Part shown: piece after piece, positions 37,959 through 50,279 of the stretch
How positions within the stretch are numbered: position 1 is the first letter of the stretch
Layout of the letters: each line of letters starts with the position of its first letter
DNA from: Zygnema circumcarinatum SAG 698-1b
Lineage: Eukaryota > Plantae > Zygnematophyceae
DNA: 64,000 bases
NCBI GenBank assembly: GCA_037447605.1
Contig: CM074806.1
Span: forward strand, 4,588,001 to 4,652,000
Reading direction: 5' to 3'
The notes under the pieces: model-generated
Seen by the model: the letters and a program-made list of their open reading frames with translations, nothing else
The model's database searches: none
What the model was told of the DNA's origin: nothing
Position numbers and translations under genes: made by a program

Positions 37959-40900
37959 ATGAGGGTGTCCCGGGGACCCTCCCTGAGCTCCGTGCCTTCC
38001 ATGAGCGGAGGTCTGGCCATGGAGGCCGCCGATCCCACGGCGCCGGCGGTCCATGTGACGCTGGCCAAGGCAGCCTTCCGTCCCGGGGAAACCCTAACTG
38101 CAACCATCGACATAGAGAACGTGCGAGAGGCGGAGCGGGGGGAGGGCTTGGCTCGCAAAGCCCTTGAAACGGACAGGTGGCAGCCTGCCGTGTCGCCACG
38201 TGCCGCTACTGAAGGGCTCATGGAGGCCGTCCTGGTGGAGGAGCTCGGGGTGGAGCTGAAGGGGATCGAGCGGCTGGACCCGAGCTGGGTGCAGCTGCCG
38301 CGCCAGGTGGCTGGCCGCCCGGACCCACGGGGTGAGTGAAGGAAGGGGCGGTCTGTGTTGCAAAATGTTGGGAATGAATGCAGTTGCAACGGATATGGGA
38401 CAGAATGTCACATGGAACGTGGTGGAGCTTAGGATTTGGGGATTGGAGCTAGGGTTAGGGCTGGAGCCAAGGTTAAAGTTAGGGCAAGGGCTAGTTTTTG
38501 AGATTAGGGTTAGGGTTTGCAGTAGGCTTAATCATTTAATCTTTGTTCCACTCGAGGATCTTTGATTTACAAATAGCTGATAACCTGGCTTGAAACCCAC
38601 ATAGGCAGTAAAGCAGCTCATTCAGACTGGCAAGTCGGAGATCAGTGTGATTCTCTGACCTTCGAGATGTTAGTCTGCTCTACATTTTGGATAGGTTAGA
38701 AATAAGAGGCGCCTATTCTTAGTGAAAAAAAAGTGATTGGAGGTGAAGGTACACCCTCAGCATACTTTAGGTCGCAAGCTAGATTTTTCCTGGCTGCTAC
38801 ACCTGCTTATGTCAGCCCGCAAGTTCAAACTTACCCCCCTCAAGATTCTACACTAATGCTGAACATGTAGGTTTCATTTTCAAACCTCTGTACCATTTTT
38901 ATTTGCGTTGGTCGATCTCTGAAAGCCTTAAAGGTGTGGAAATGTATAGCCACTTGTAAGCACGGTCGGTCGTACAAGTTACTTTAACAGCTTCACTGTA
39001 AACTTGATGCTTCTGGGATCGCATACCTCTCTGTTTAACTCATCATTTCTGTGCGATATTGGCTGAATAATACAGGGGAACGTGTCTTTTTAGAGGGTTC
39101 CGCACCACAAATTGCGAAGGATGTTCTTGTCGAACATGGAAGGAGCAGAAGTTGTGAGAAACCCTTCCCTCATGTTGATGCTTCACCTTGTTTTTTTGGC
39201 ATCTTGAGTCGGCTCCTACCCCACTCCTTTATCCCCTCCTCCTCTCCTTCATGAGGTTTCGTCCTGCACGGTAGGCTGCCGGTTTTTTTTTCTGGATTCC
39301 ACGTTCCATTTTAGGTCATGATTGGCTGTAACTGTTGGCGATGGACTGGTGGTTTAAAGCAGATTCTATACGTATGACTCTTCCCAAAGTCCTCCCCCCT
39401 TCATATCGGGGCACCTCTGTAAAGTATCACTACCTTTTGGTGGTGCGGGCTACATGGAGTCCTGTAGTTCTGGGTGACGATGAAACTACACCTGGAGACT
39501 CGCAACGGAAAGGAGTCATGCGGCCCCCTCCTCCGTTAGTAGGATATTCACAACTCTCATTTGACATGGCACTTGAATTTGAGTACACATTTCATGGAAT
39601 GCATCTAGCATAAGTTGCATACCAATGAGTAGTTTGATAGTAGAGCCGTACAGCTTATGCATGAGTGTCATCACTCCTTGTGACTTATTAAGCAAAGCAA
39701 TTTCGTTGCATTAGGAGCTGCGAAAAATTGATGACTGGTCCTCTTGTTATTCAATGCAGCCATTGAATGGTTAGTCATATTTGTCTAGATTCCTTTCAAG
39801 GTATTATTTTGTAAGGCCCTTGCAGTACTGTATTGATGAATGTGTACGGCGATGCCTATTTGAAGAGAGGGTTTCTTTTGGGGTAGAAAGCCTATCAATA
39901 TGGTGGCACATTGAAATGATTTGTGAGCTGGTTTACGTCCTGCAGGAAGTTAGGGTTCCCTTGAGGATTTGGACTTGGCAGCAAGACTCGGGGTTGACAC
40001 AAGAAGAGATTGGAGCACAAGACCACCATGGCATTGGAGGTGAGCTTGTGTTTCATAAGAGCCCTGGGGGAGAGGAGAAGAAAACTAGGGAGAAAAGTGG
40101 GCCGAGGGGGGGATGTTGGGTGGAGAGAGGGAGAGAGTAAATCTCGTTGTGTTCGGAGTAGCTATTCAATAGATGACAGATGAGGAAGCATGTGGTTTTG
40201 AGGTTTTCCGGACTCAAGTTACAGTAGTGAACCCGACGTACGACAAGCATCACAGCAACTTGCAGCTCTGAGTGGCATTGTTTATGTGGTTTGTCTTTGT
40301 TACACAGCAGGGATTGTTCCAGTAGAGACAGTAAAGGTAGATATACGCTGGCGGGAAAAAACGGGGCAGGCACGATGGGTGAGTCAGCTGTCTCTGCTTC
40401 AAGGACTCCCTCTCTCGCCCCCTCCCTCTCAAGATGAACATGCTTTATTATATGGCTCTAAAGGTGACCCAAGGTCGTGGCTCGATCAAGTTTTAAACCT
40501 GTAAAGTATTCCCATCTATCTCCAGACAGACTTTTGACCAAGTTAGGATTAGTGCACTGTGCCTTCAAGATGCATACAGGGCTAACAAGGGCAACGATCT
40601 CCATGCATTAAATAAAGAAACCCTCCTTCTGCTAACGTAGATACCACTGCCACACATAATGGTATTTTCTCTTCGTGACTATCGTTGACCTTTCCAAGTT
40701 ACCAGCTTGTGCTTTCTGCTTCTGTTTCGAACCCGCATTCTGCATTCTCGCAACTCTCTCCCGTTTCGCTCTCCAGTCCTTCCTCTCCTATCTCCCTCCC
40801 TCAACTATTTCCCTCCCTCTCTTTAGTGCTTCCTCACCTATCTTCCTCCCTCGAAACTCTCCCATCAGCCCTCCAACATGCAGCCCCAACTTAGGCAGCC

Positions 40901-43900
40901 CTTTCTGCCTTGCTTTGTCTTGTAGGTGGCAAATGCTCAAGCCAGTTCAGGAGGAGACGAAGACGAGCTCATCCCTCCCGATGAAACTTTCTCTGAGTTT
41001 GAAGCTTCTGAAGAGAGTGCTGCTGGAAGGATCGCATCCTTTTCAAGGAACCGACTTTCCTCTCCCTCTGGGGAGGCTACCGCAGCCACTGCTACCATCT
41101 CAGATGGAGATGAGCCTGAGGAGGGAGACGAAGGAGATCGCATACAAGGAAACGGGGGGGCAGCACAGGGGATTGATGGGTTTTTTGGTTCTTTAAGGGA
41201 GGCAGAGAGTGGGAGAGGAGAATCAAGCAGAGGATTTGCTAGAGATCCATTTTTAGGGGGAGGAGAGGGAGTTGGGATGCACGGTGGCCTATCCAATCGG
41301 CCTTGGGAAGAGAATGGTCTCGGTAAGAATGCCCTTTGGTTCTCCCTCCCTCCCTCCCTCCCTCCCTCCTTTCATCCCTCCCTTCGCCCCTCTACCCCAC
41401 TTGCACTTTTTGCTATCAGCGAAAGAAATGGTCATCCTCGTCTGCGAAAAAGAAGTAATCTTATTCTAGGGTATTCTCGTTATCTTATCAGATAATCTTA
41501 CCTATCGAGATTCCGACGATCTGGGATTTGATGGCAAGCCTCCTGCAAAACTATGGAGGAGTTCTGCTGCACTTCCAGATCCCGAAACACCAAGAGTGGG
41601 GTCTCAGGCTGACTACAACGGTAATGGAGATAGTTCTATATATCGAAGAAACGAGAGAACAATTCCTCCCTCGCCATCCTGTGAGTGAAAAAGTTCACTT
41701 ATGTTTTGCTTTAAATAGCATCCGCAGGGCAAGTAGCAGAATGAAGGTTCTATACATGGTGGTCCTTTGTCACTACCTTGTAGGAGTTGTTGGAGTTATT
41801 ACATGGTAGAAAATGGACAACATGGAGCTATAAACATAGAAGATGTCCTTCCATATGAGATTGATTTGGAGTGAAATTTGTTGGGGGAAAGCAGCTGCTA
41901 TTGCGTACACACGAGGTCGCACCTATAACATTCGTATTGATGACCAAATTCTTGTCAAATTTACTCCTAGAAGGCCAGAGTCAACATACTACCTGGGGGA
42001 TGTGGTGAGAAGTCTCTTTCTCGCAACCTTTTTCCCCTCTCCCAGTCCCTGTTTTCTCTCTCCGTATGTATTGCATTCTGAGGGCCACAATGGTTTGTCA
42101 CATGACCGACGAGAAACGAGGAGGAAGAAGACGGAGGAGATGGTGGAGGGGTCGGAGGCAGGGGCAGAGTGGAGAGATGCAGGAACTTAAGAGAAATTGT
42201 CAGTTTGGTTATTTCGAAAAACAACTCTTGCTTGGAATTTTCTGTCGTGCCGTGGGAACTGTTTTTAATCAGTTTCCATTCTCAACAGAATTATAACAAG
42301 GCTGACGAATCCTGTTGCGGCATGGAGCAGGTATCGGGAATGCTCACATTTCCGCAAACCTCAGCTCGCCAGTGTTTATCGGTACAAAAAGCTTGACCTC
42401 CCTGTCCCTCCCGCTCTCGTCATCCTTCTCCCTTTTCCCTTCTTCCCTTTTTCACCTCTCCTCACCGCCTCTCTGCCTCTCCTTCTCTCCCCTCCCTCTT
42501 CCTTCTTTCCCTCCCCTTTCCCTCCGTCCTCGCCCTCCTTCCACTTGTTTCCTTCCCTTTCCCACTCCCCCCCTCCCCCTCACACTCTCCTGTTATCTCT
42601 CACTCACTCTCATCCTCCCTCCCTCCCTCCCTCCCTCCCTGCCTCCCTCCCTTCTCCTCCCCCTTCCCTCCGCCTTCCCTCCCTCTCTCCCTCCCTCCCT
42701 TCCCCCCGCCCTCCCTCTCTGGGTATGTCTAAATGGGCACGTTGTTGTGCATGGCAGGTGTCAGTGCTGTTGGAGACGCACGAGATTGTCAATCCCGCCG
42801 TCCTTCATCCTTCACGCAGAACTGCGGGGTTCAGGGAGAGTCCGCAGGTGAGGGCTCTCTCAACCGCTGCTCAATTCCCCCTTTGTAGCAGTATTGGTCT
42901 GTGTGATTATCCTTCTCGTTTATTCACTTAACTTTAATGTGCAAACTCTATTATTCTTTGGGTTTTACAAGCCTTTCTGTTTGCCCTCCATCTTGTCGCC
43001 GCCATGCTTTGCAGGCTCCTCTACACCTTCCGCAGGTCCAAACGGAGTTTCATGAAGTAACAGCACATTTACGTGCCACACATTTTATCTTTACTATTCC
43101 TATGGATGCTCCTGCAGCTTTTGCGACATCACTTGTTGCTCTGCAGGTCAGCTAAAATTCGTCTCGCATCTGTTTCTTTCAATCTCTTACACCAAAGCCA
43201 TAACAACTTCAGCATTTTGCCCAAGAATCTGCATCCAAACCTGCTCGAAGTCTCCCTTGACCTAGAAATACCCAACAATGCAACCCTTGAAACTATTTTG
43301 ACGTGAGATTATCCGAGTTGTTACGTTAGTCTTTTGGTAAGAATTCAAGACAATCACGTAAAGATCGAGAGGTTACAGGTTCATTTCAGGCTGGAAGTCT
43401 TTCAAATTGATTTTTTTGGATTCTGACCGTCATGACATACATGTACTGCCTGCCTCCTTGCTGGTTGTGAACAGTGGATCCTTCGCTTCCAGTTTGTTGC
43501 TTCGTCAAAGCGAAAACCAGTATCCGGAAATAAAGTGGAATCTTTCTTATTGGGAGAGGAGACGGAACGCGGAGAGTGGTCGTTGCCTATTGTGGTCCAT
43601 GCTCCTCGCCCTCGCTCTCAGCCATACGGTGAGTCTTTGGGCTTTTCAGGGTTTTTTTGGGTTTGTTTGAGATTTTAGGGTTAATCACAGACAGCAATAG
43701 CTACACCCTTACATCCTATATAATATGGGCCACACTAATTGTGAACTCGTTCGTTTATCCGGCTTACCTGTAACAGTTTCGACCACACTAAACATGCATC
43801 ATCACTAATTGATCTATGGTGTAGATAGTGTGGTGTACAGTATTCACCCATTCATAATTGGTGTGGGGGTTGCTGTGCATTCGAGGTTATATGTGTCTGT

Positions 43901-44525
43901 ATATCTTGCACATGTAGTCATTTAAATACCTGCTACCTTCATATTCATACACATATTACATAAACAGTTCACCCTCATCGCGCCATAGGTCTTTGTCCAA
44001 CTAAGTGTGGCACTCACGCTAATACGTAACCACACTGGGTACATGGATAGAGTCGTTTGACCACTAACAGTAACGCCTACATGGAGGGAGTTCGAAAAAA
44101 CTAGCTGCATGGCGTGCATCCAAACTTCCCCTTATGGCTGAGATGGGGCTTCCAGAGTAGTATATTGTATTATTGCTGGAATGGTGGATCCTTTTCCGTT
44201 CCAAGCATGATGTCCACATGGGGTTTTCTCGACATCTCCATCATGCTGCTGACATGCATGTGGGGGTGGAAAGCATGATGGGCATCTATGTTGCCGTTTC
44301 GTTAAGCCCATCTCAGTAAGTTGTTGTTTCTCCATGGCAGGGCCACCAACGGGAGACTATCGAGCAAACATTCCTCCCATGAAGCCTTTGGAAGCCGCGC
44401 AACCAAAGGGTGGGGTGGGAGAGAGGAGGCCGTTGAGTAGTAGTGAGTTAATAGTAGGGACAGGCGTGCCCAAAATGACGAGCGCACGTTCTCCGAATTC
44501 ATCTGAAGACGCCCAAACGGCGTGA
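37959..44525 (+). CDS. RGP1: RGP1 (RIC1-RGP1 Rab6/Ypt6 GEF partner), multi-exon
   Basis: VTLAKAAFRPGETLTATIDI, GIERLDPSWV, LPKVLPPSYRGTSVKYHYLL, EVRVPLRIW, RTYNIRIDDQILVKFTP...YYLGD, VSVLLETHE, FHEVT...HFIFTIPMDAPAAFATSLVALQWILRFQF, WSLPIVV. Alternative starts are at 38001 and 38019. Some middle exon borders and the last exon are approximate. Confidence 0.85.
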
Positions 44526-45554
44526 GAGTATAAGACATGGGGGCCCTTCAACGTATTGAAAATTAGGGTTACTGTGACTATGTAAGGCGCCCATAAGGGT
44601 GGCTCGATTAGGTGATATGTGTGTGAGAGAGAGGGAGAGCGAGAAAGAGAGATAGCGAGAGGATTAAAGGTGCAAACGAGGTGTCTATGATTCTTTAAAC
44701 GTTGGTGGGAAGGAGCCACAATGTCTTTTCGTCATAGAGTTTTCCATTGAGCGCCTGGTCACATGCTGGAATTGCATGCAAAAAAAAAGGGAAAAGAGAA
44801 GGGGGGGGGGTCCACATTGGCTGCCTTTCGAATAGCGTTTTTGGGTAGTGCTTTCGGTAATGAGTCAGCTTTGGGGAAGGGGGAGGAAGGGAGGGCGAGG
44901 GAATGGGGGAGAGGGGAGGAGGGAGGGGAAGGGAGGAGGGAAAATGGAGGGGAGGGGAGGCGAGTAGGGAGGGTGAAGGGAAGAGTGGGAAGAGGGAGGG
45001 GAAGGGAGGAGGGAAAATGGAGGGGAGGGGAGGCGAGTAGGGAGGGTGAAGGGAAGAGTGGGAAGAGGGAGGGAGGGGGAAGGGGAAAGGGAGGGAGAGG
45101 GAGGGCGGGAGGTGGGGGAAAGGGGAAGGGATGTGGGAAAGGGAGCGGAGGGAGAGGGTTGGACGAAGGGGAATGCAGAGGGGAGGAAATGGAGGGAGAG
45201 GGAAGAGGGCGAAAAGGAAGGGAGGCGAGAGGAGGGAGAGGGATGGGAGGGTTGGGGTGGGGAGGAGGGGGGAGGGACGTTGGGGGCAAGAGAGAGGATG
45301 GGGAAGGGAGGGAGGGGAGGAGGGGAGGAGGAAGGGAGGGAGAGGAAGGTGCGGGGGAGGGAGTGGGGAGGTGGTGGGGGAGGGGTGGGGAGAAGAGAGT
45401 GGAGAGGGGAGGAATGGGGATGTGGATGTGAACTCGAGTGATAAAATTAATGTCAATCCAATTTCGTTCTCCTATGGGCTCTTGACATCTAATCCTTAAA
45501 CTCTAAACGCTATAAACTCTTAAAGGTCTCCTTGTAAAGAATAACTCCTGTCCC

Positions 45555-46709
45555 TTAGGATCCGTTGATCCTCTTCCATTCAGCGGCAAATGCTTTACAC
45601 ATTTCTGCAAAGTCGGTTAAGTGAAGCTTCCGCCATTCCTGTAGCCACGCATTGAAAAGGCTTGGGTTAACATTAGTGGTCAGTTTGCTTTGTTAACTCA
45701 GTTGACTCTTTAGCCTCCGTTGAGAAGGCATCAGTTAAGTTCAACATTTTCATTGTTTCATGTTTTGATGCTCATGGGTAAAGACGCACTACACGATAAA
45801 ACGGGGAAAAGGCATCAGAAACCTTTTAATAATTTATTTATGCTTCAGGTTTTGACAATGTCAGATGACTTGAAGGAAAATTTTGGAGTAAAATAGCATC
45901 GTCAACTTGAACCCTACAAATCCTAATCGTCATATACAGGTCTATTTACACCTAGAGGTATATGCCTAAGTTCATTATAAGGAAAATTAAGTGCCCTATT
46001 CCAATGACGGGACAGATTGATATCCAAAGGCAGCTCCTAATGTACATAATTTTGATCATACAAAATCTATTTTGCAGACGTGGCAAGTCGTCATTTGACC
46101 CTAATTCTCTCAATATTTTCCAAATTCCTTCCCTGCCTTCTTCTCAAAGCAGGCCCTCCGGAAGTTAGTAACAACTGCCAAATCAGATCAAATCAAGCGT
46201 CGCGAAAAAACTCCTGAAAGAAAGTTGAGAAGCTTTCACAGAACAAATCCCAATGCGCAACTCCTGCACGTGACGTCACGCCCGTCCCATCCCTAAACCT
46301 ACAAAACTCTAAAACCCTCAAAGCCCGCATGACTCTAAAGCGATCAAGACCCCAAAACTATAGAGGTCCTAAATCCCTGAGAAGCCCAGAAGAAGTTCAG
46401 AGACTGGAAACATTCAAAACCCAGAGAGACCTCAAACTACCCGAGATGCCCTGTAAACCCTAAAATCGCTAAGAAACCTAACCCTAATTTGGTCGCCCTA
46501 GTCTCCACTGCATTACATTGGAGTTTTTTTTAAGTTTTCGCCCATTCTATTCCAATCAGAGCTGTCTCCCTATAAAGTGCAGGAGACCTACAATTGATGA
46601 CCCCTTTTAAGAAAGGGAGAGAGTCAGAGAGAGCAAGAGGGAAGGAGAGGGAGAGGGAAAAGAGGGAGAGGGAGAGAGAGGTTGAGAAGTAAAAGGGACT
46701 TGGGAGAGA

Positions 46710-46755
<46 letters not shown>

Positions 46756-48088
46756 GAGAGAGAGAAATCACCTCATAGTCCCATTCGCCGACCAGCTTTG
46801 GGTCGGTTGGATTGGCCCACACATACATGTACGCCAAAATTGTGGGGAGCTCCAACTCCTGCCCAGCCAGCAAGGCCTCGCTGGGGGGCGGATCCTGCCA
46901 CACAAAAACAAGCAAGCACTAAATTTTGTAGAAATAAAAAGTAGGCATAATTTAATCACTAGTATTACTAATGTTGTCGCTATTCCTGATCATCGCACAG
47001 GTTTTATAGAATCTGCAGTAGAATATGAATAGATAAAGGCGATAAGCAAAGCAAAGGTCTAAAGAAAGCCAGAAGGGACAGACAGAGAGAGGGAGAGGCG
47101 GAGGGGAGAAAGGAGGTACCAAAAGCACAGGTTGAACAAGGGTTCGCACATATTGATCGTCTTCAAAGTCGTCAAAAATCTTCATTTCCCGTTCTGTTAA
47201 TCCGAACAGGGCCTGCAAACATAAAGTGCAAACATTTTGTGAAATTTACACATATGTCTAGGTCATAACTAAATGCCATCAAGCATTAAGCCCTCACACC
47301 CTCCCCGCCCCCATCCCCTCCCTTCCTCCCTCCCTCCCTCCCACCCTCTCCCATCCGTCCCCCTCACCTCCTCTCCCTCCCTCCCTCCCTCTCCATCCCT
47401 CCCCCTCCCTCCCTCCCTCCCTTCCTCACTCACTCCCTTCCTCCCTCCCTCCCTCCTCCTCGCTCCCTCCCTCCCTCCGCCGTCAAACCCCTTCCAGAGC
47501 AGCGCGCAGTGCCTTCCCAACAACGCGCCCTCCAGGGCGCGGCGCTACAGCCGGATACGTTTCTGTGCGCAGGCTGTAGCGGTGGCTGCGATCACAGACA
47601 CTACCATAACATTAGAAATGTCCAAAAACAACAAGAAAAAGAAAAAACCTTTTGCGAGAAGCGATAAAGATGAATTATCTTCTTTGGAGGACATGAGTGA
47701 ATCGTCAAATCTCAGCATTCAGAAAATAGTCCATGCCTCCAGGAAAAAGGTCGGATCGAGAGAGAGGGGGAGGGAGAGAGAGAGAGAGGGGGGGAGAGAG
47801 GGAGGGAGGGAGAGGGAGAGGCAGAGAGAGAGGGAGGTGGGGAGGGGGAGGAAAAAAACAAGGGGGGGAGAGAGATAGGGAGAAAGGAAGAGAGGGGGAG
47901 GGAGAGGGGGAGGGAGACAGAGAGAGGGGATGGAGGGAGTGGGGGGAGGGAGGGAGAGAGAGAGCCCACTAGTCCCTGACCACCGCCGCAGAGGAGGGCG
48001 GCACCCTCCCCAGCAGCTCCCTCACCACCTCCTCCGCCAGCAGCGACCCGTACACGAACGCCACGTGGACACGCCCTCCGCCCGCCAT
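45555..48088 (-). CDS. AIG2-like (GGCT-fold) protein, 5 exons
   Basis: Exons 48088-47970 (AFVYGSLLAEEVVRELLGRVP), about 47589-47513 (HRYSLRTETYPAV...VVGK), 47212-about 47120 (LFGLTEREMKIFDDFEDDQY), about 46891-46769 (YVWANPTDPKLVGEWDYE) and 45638-45555 (EWRKLHLTDF, stop). This matches the plant AIG2-like pattern and needs one GC donor. Confidence 0.9.
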
Positions 48089-48095
48089 CGTGCGC

Positions 48096-48129
48096 CACGT
48101 GGCAATCGACACGTGGCAGGCGACACGTG
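48096..48129. promoter_or_regulatory. Three G-boxes at exact 14-bp spacing immediately 5' of the AIG2-like ATG
   Basis: CACGTG at 48096, 48110 and 48124. Confidence 0.5.
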
Positions 48130-49534
48130 GCGCTCCCACCCTCGCCCCTCCCCATCCCCGTCCCTCGCGGGAAGCGCCGTTCCATGTGGCCTAGTCGCGC
48201 GGGCTGTTAAACGACCACAAAGGCATTCCTATGCGTTGAGAGCGTTCCCGTAACTGGAACATGTGCCCATTTTTCCCCGTTTCCTGAGCCAACCATTGGC
48301 AATAGATTCTTAAGTATAGGAGTCAGTGGTTGTCTTCGAATCAAATTGTTGGTTGGCAGGCCTTGCCAACCATTGGCAATGGCTCAAAATGGTTCGATAC
48401 AGCAGATTTGGTATTGGACGATATTGAGATATATTGAAACTTTAAATACTGCGATATATCGCATTGCTTCAAACCGAGGTATATCGTATTATTCAATAAG
48501 TCGGTTCCAGAATCGCCCCCGCCATTGCTTGGCGCCGATTTGTCTACTCTCTCTCTCCAAGCTGAGAGATTGTCGCAATTCAAAAGAGACTTAAGAAGAA
48601 TTTTTTTATCTCACGCTTTTCCATCATTTTTTTATCTTGCGCAGTTTTTATTGCCACATTAAAATGTGAGACATTTTTGTTTTTTCAGTGGTATTTTTGC
48701 GCTGTGATTTTTCTCTCATTGCGTCCCTACTTCTTGGTCCCGTCCCTTCCTGCCTCTCGCTCCCACTCTCCTTCCTTTTTCTCCCACTCTTCCTCCCTCT
48801 CCCCCTTCTCTTTCTTCCCCCTCTCTCCCTTCCTTACCTCTCTCTCCCTCTCTTTCCCCCTCTCCCCCCTCTCTTTCTTCCCCCTCTCTCCCTCTCTTTC
48901 CTCTCTCTCCCTCTCTTTCCCCCTCTACCCCCTCTCTTTCTTCCCCCTCTCTCCCTCTCTTTCCTCTCTGTCCCTCTCTTTCCCCCACTCCCCCCTCTCT
49001 TTCTTCCCCCTCTCTCCCTCGCTTTCCTCTCTCCCTCTCTTTCCCCCTCTCCCCCCTCTCCTTCCTCCCCCTCTCTCCCTCTCTTTCCTCTTTCTCTCCC
49101 TCTCTCTCCCCCTCCCCCCTCTCTTTCTCTCCCTCTGCCCCGACTTGCCATCCTGCACTCTCTCTCCCCCAATGCACTGTTGGCTTTACAAGTTCAATTG
49201 GTCAGACGTAAATATTGACTTGATGATTATTTAATACGACAAGAGGATGAAAAATTAAAAACAATGGGTAACAAAAATAGCAGAAAATCTTATCATCCTG
49301 CATTCCACAATGCAGTCTTTTCTAAACCAAAGTAACCAGATGGTGCGAAATGTGAAGGTGACTTGTACAAAAAATATTCCCTTCAAAGGCCCACGACGGC
49401 AAGTCTTTCCTCACTGTTCTTCGTTCTCTGGGACTTCACGGGGCTTCCAAGATTTTATTAAAGGTATTAATGGTTTTTTCAGTTGAAATTTTGCTTGAAG
49501 TGCCTCGGTACGATTTTAGTTCACTGACTAAAAC

Positions 49535-49640
49535 GGTTGCCAATGGTTGCCAATGGTTGCCAATGGTTGCCAATGGTTGCCGATGGTTGCCAATGGTTGC
49601 CGATGGTTGCCAATGGTTGCCGATGGTTGCCAGTGGTTGC
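49535..49640. repeat. 10-bp minisatellite (GGTTGCCAAT)n, about 10 units
   Basis: ggttgccaatggttgccaat... with CCGAT and CCAGT variants. Confidence 0.93.
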
Positions 49641-49711
49641 TACTCCACTGGGCATGGTTTGCTGGACCGCCACCAACGGTTCTGTATTTCGGATCACATT
49701 TTATGTGTCGA

Positions 49712-49865
49712 TATTCTGATCCAGATCAACTTTATTCTAGATCCGGATCAAATTTATTCTGGATCCGGATCAACTTTATTCTGAATCCAAATCAACTTTA
49801 TTCTGGATCCGATCAACATTATTCTGGATCTGGATCAAACTGTATTCTGTATCCGGATCAACTTT
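49712..49865. repeat. 22-bp minisatellite (TATTCTGGATCCGGATCAACTT) x7
   Basis: Seven abutting imperfect units of 21-23 bp with no spacers. Confidence 0.9.
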
Positions 49866-50279
49866 TTGGTGACACCTACCATCATGTCTTGCACAACAAT
49901 GCTCACACTTTTCCAGCCTTGTAAATTGCCGTTCCAAATGGTTCCTTAAAATTTAATGAGAGCTCAAAGAACAAAAAATAACTGGAACTGAAACTGGAAT
50001 TTGATGATGTGCCAATACTAACCTAAATCTACCATGGGACCATCCTCCCCTAGTCCGTACACCCCCTAGAGATTTATCCTCTTTCTCACCAAGACCAAAA
50101 GCCCCCTTTTGTTGATCCAAACATGCATGCTCGCAAGCCTCACACCATCCTCCGTACCATGTCCATGCCATGCATGGCCATGCATGGCACATTGGTACCA
50201 TGCATGCATGCCCTAATGGATGTAGGCATCATTGAATAGACTTCGATGGGCATGTCCGAGTCAGAGGGAGGGAGGGAGG

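Noticed and set aside
44695-45499. Pro/Ser-rich and Gly/Arg/Glu-rich ORFs of 120-250 aa
   Set aside because: They are translations of a polypurine tract between the convergent ends of RGP1 and the AIG2-like gene. The same applies to similar ORFs at 171-740, 1147-1786, 6570-7138, 48677-49234 and 57242-57736.
49535-49865. CRISPR-like appearance of the 10-bp and 22-bp arrays and the MVANGCQW/GSGS ORFs
   Set aside because: The units abut with no unique spacers, there are no cas genes and the context is eukaryotic. The ORFs are repeat translations.
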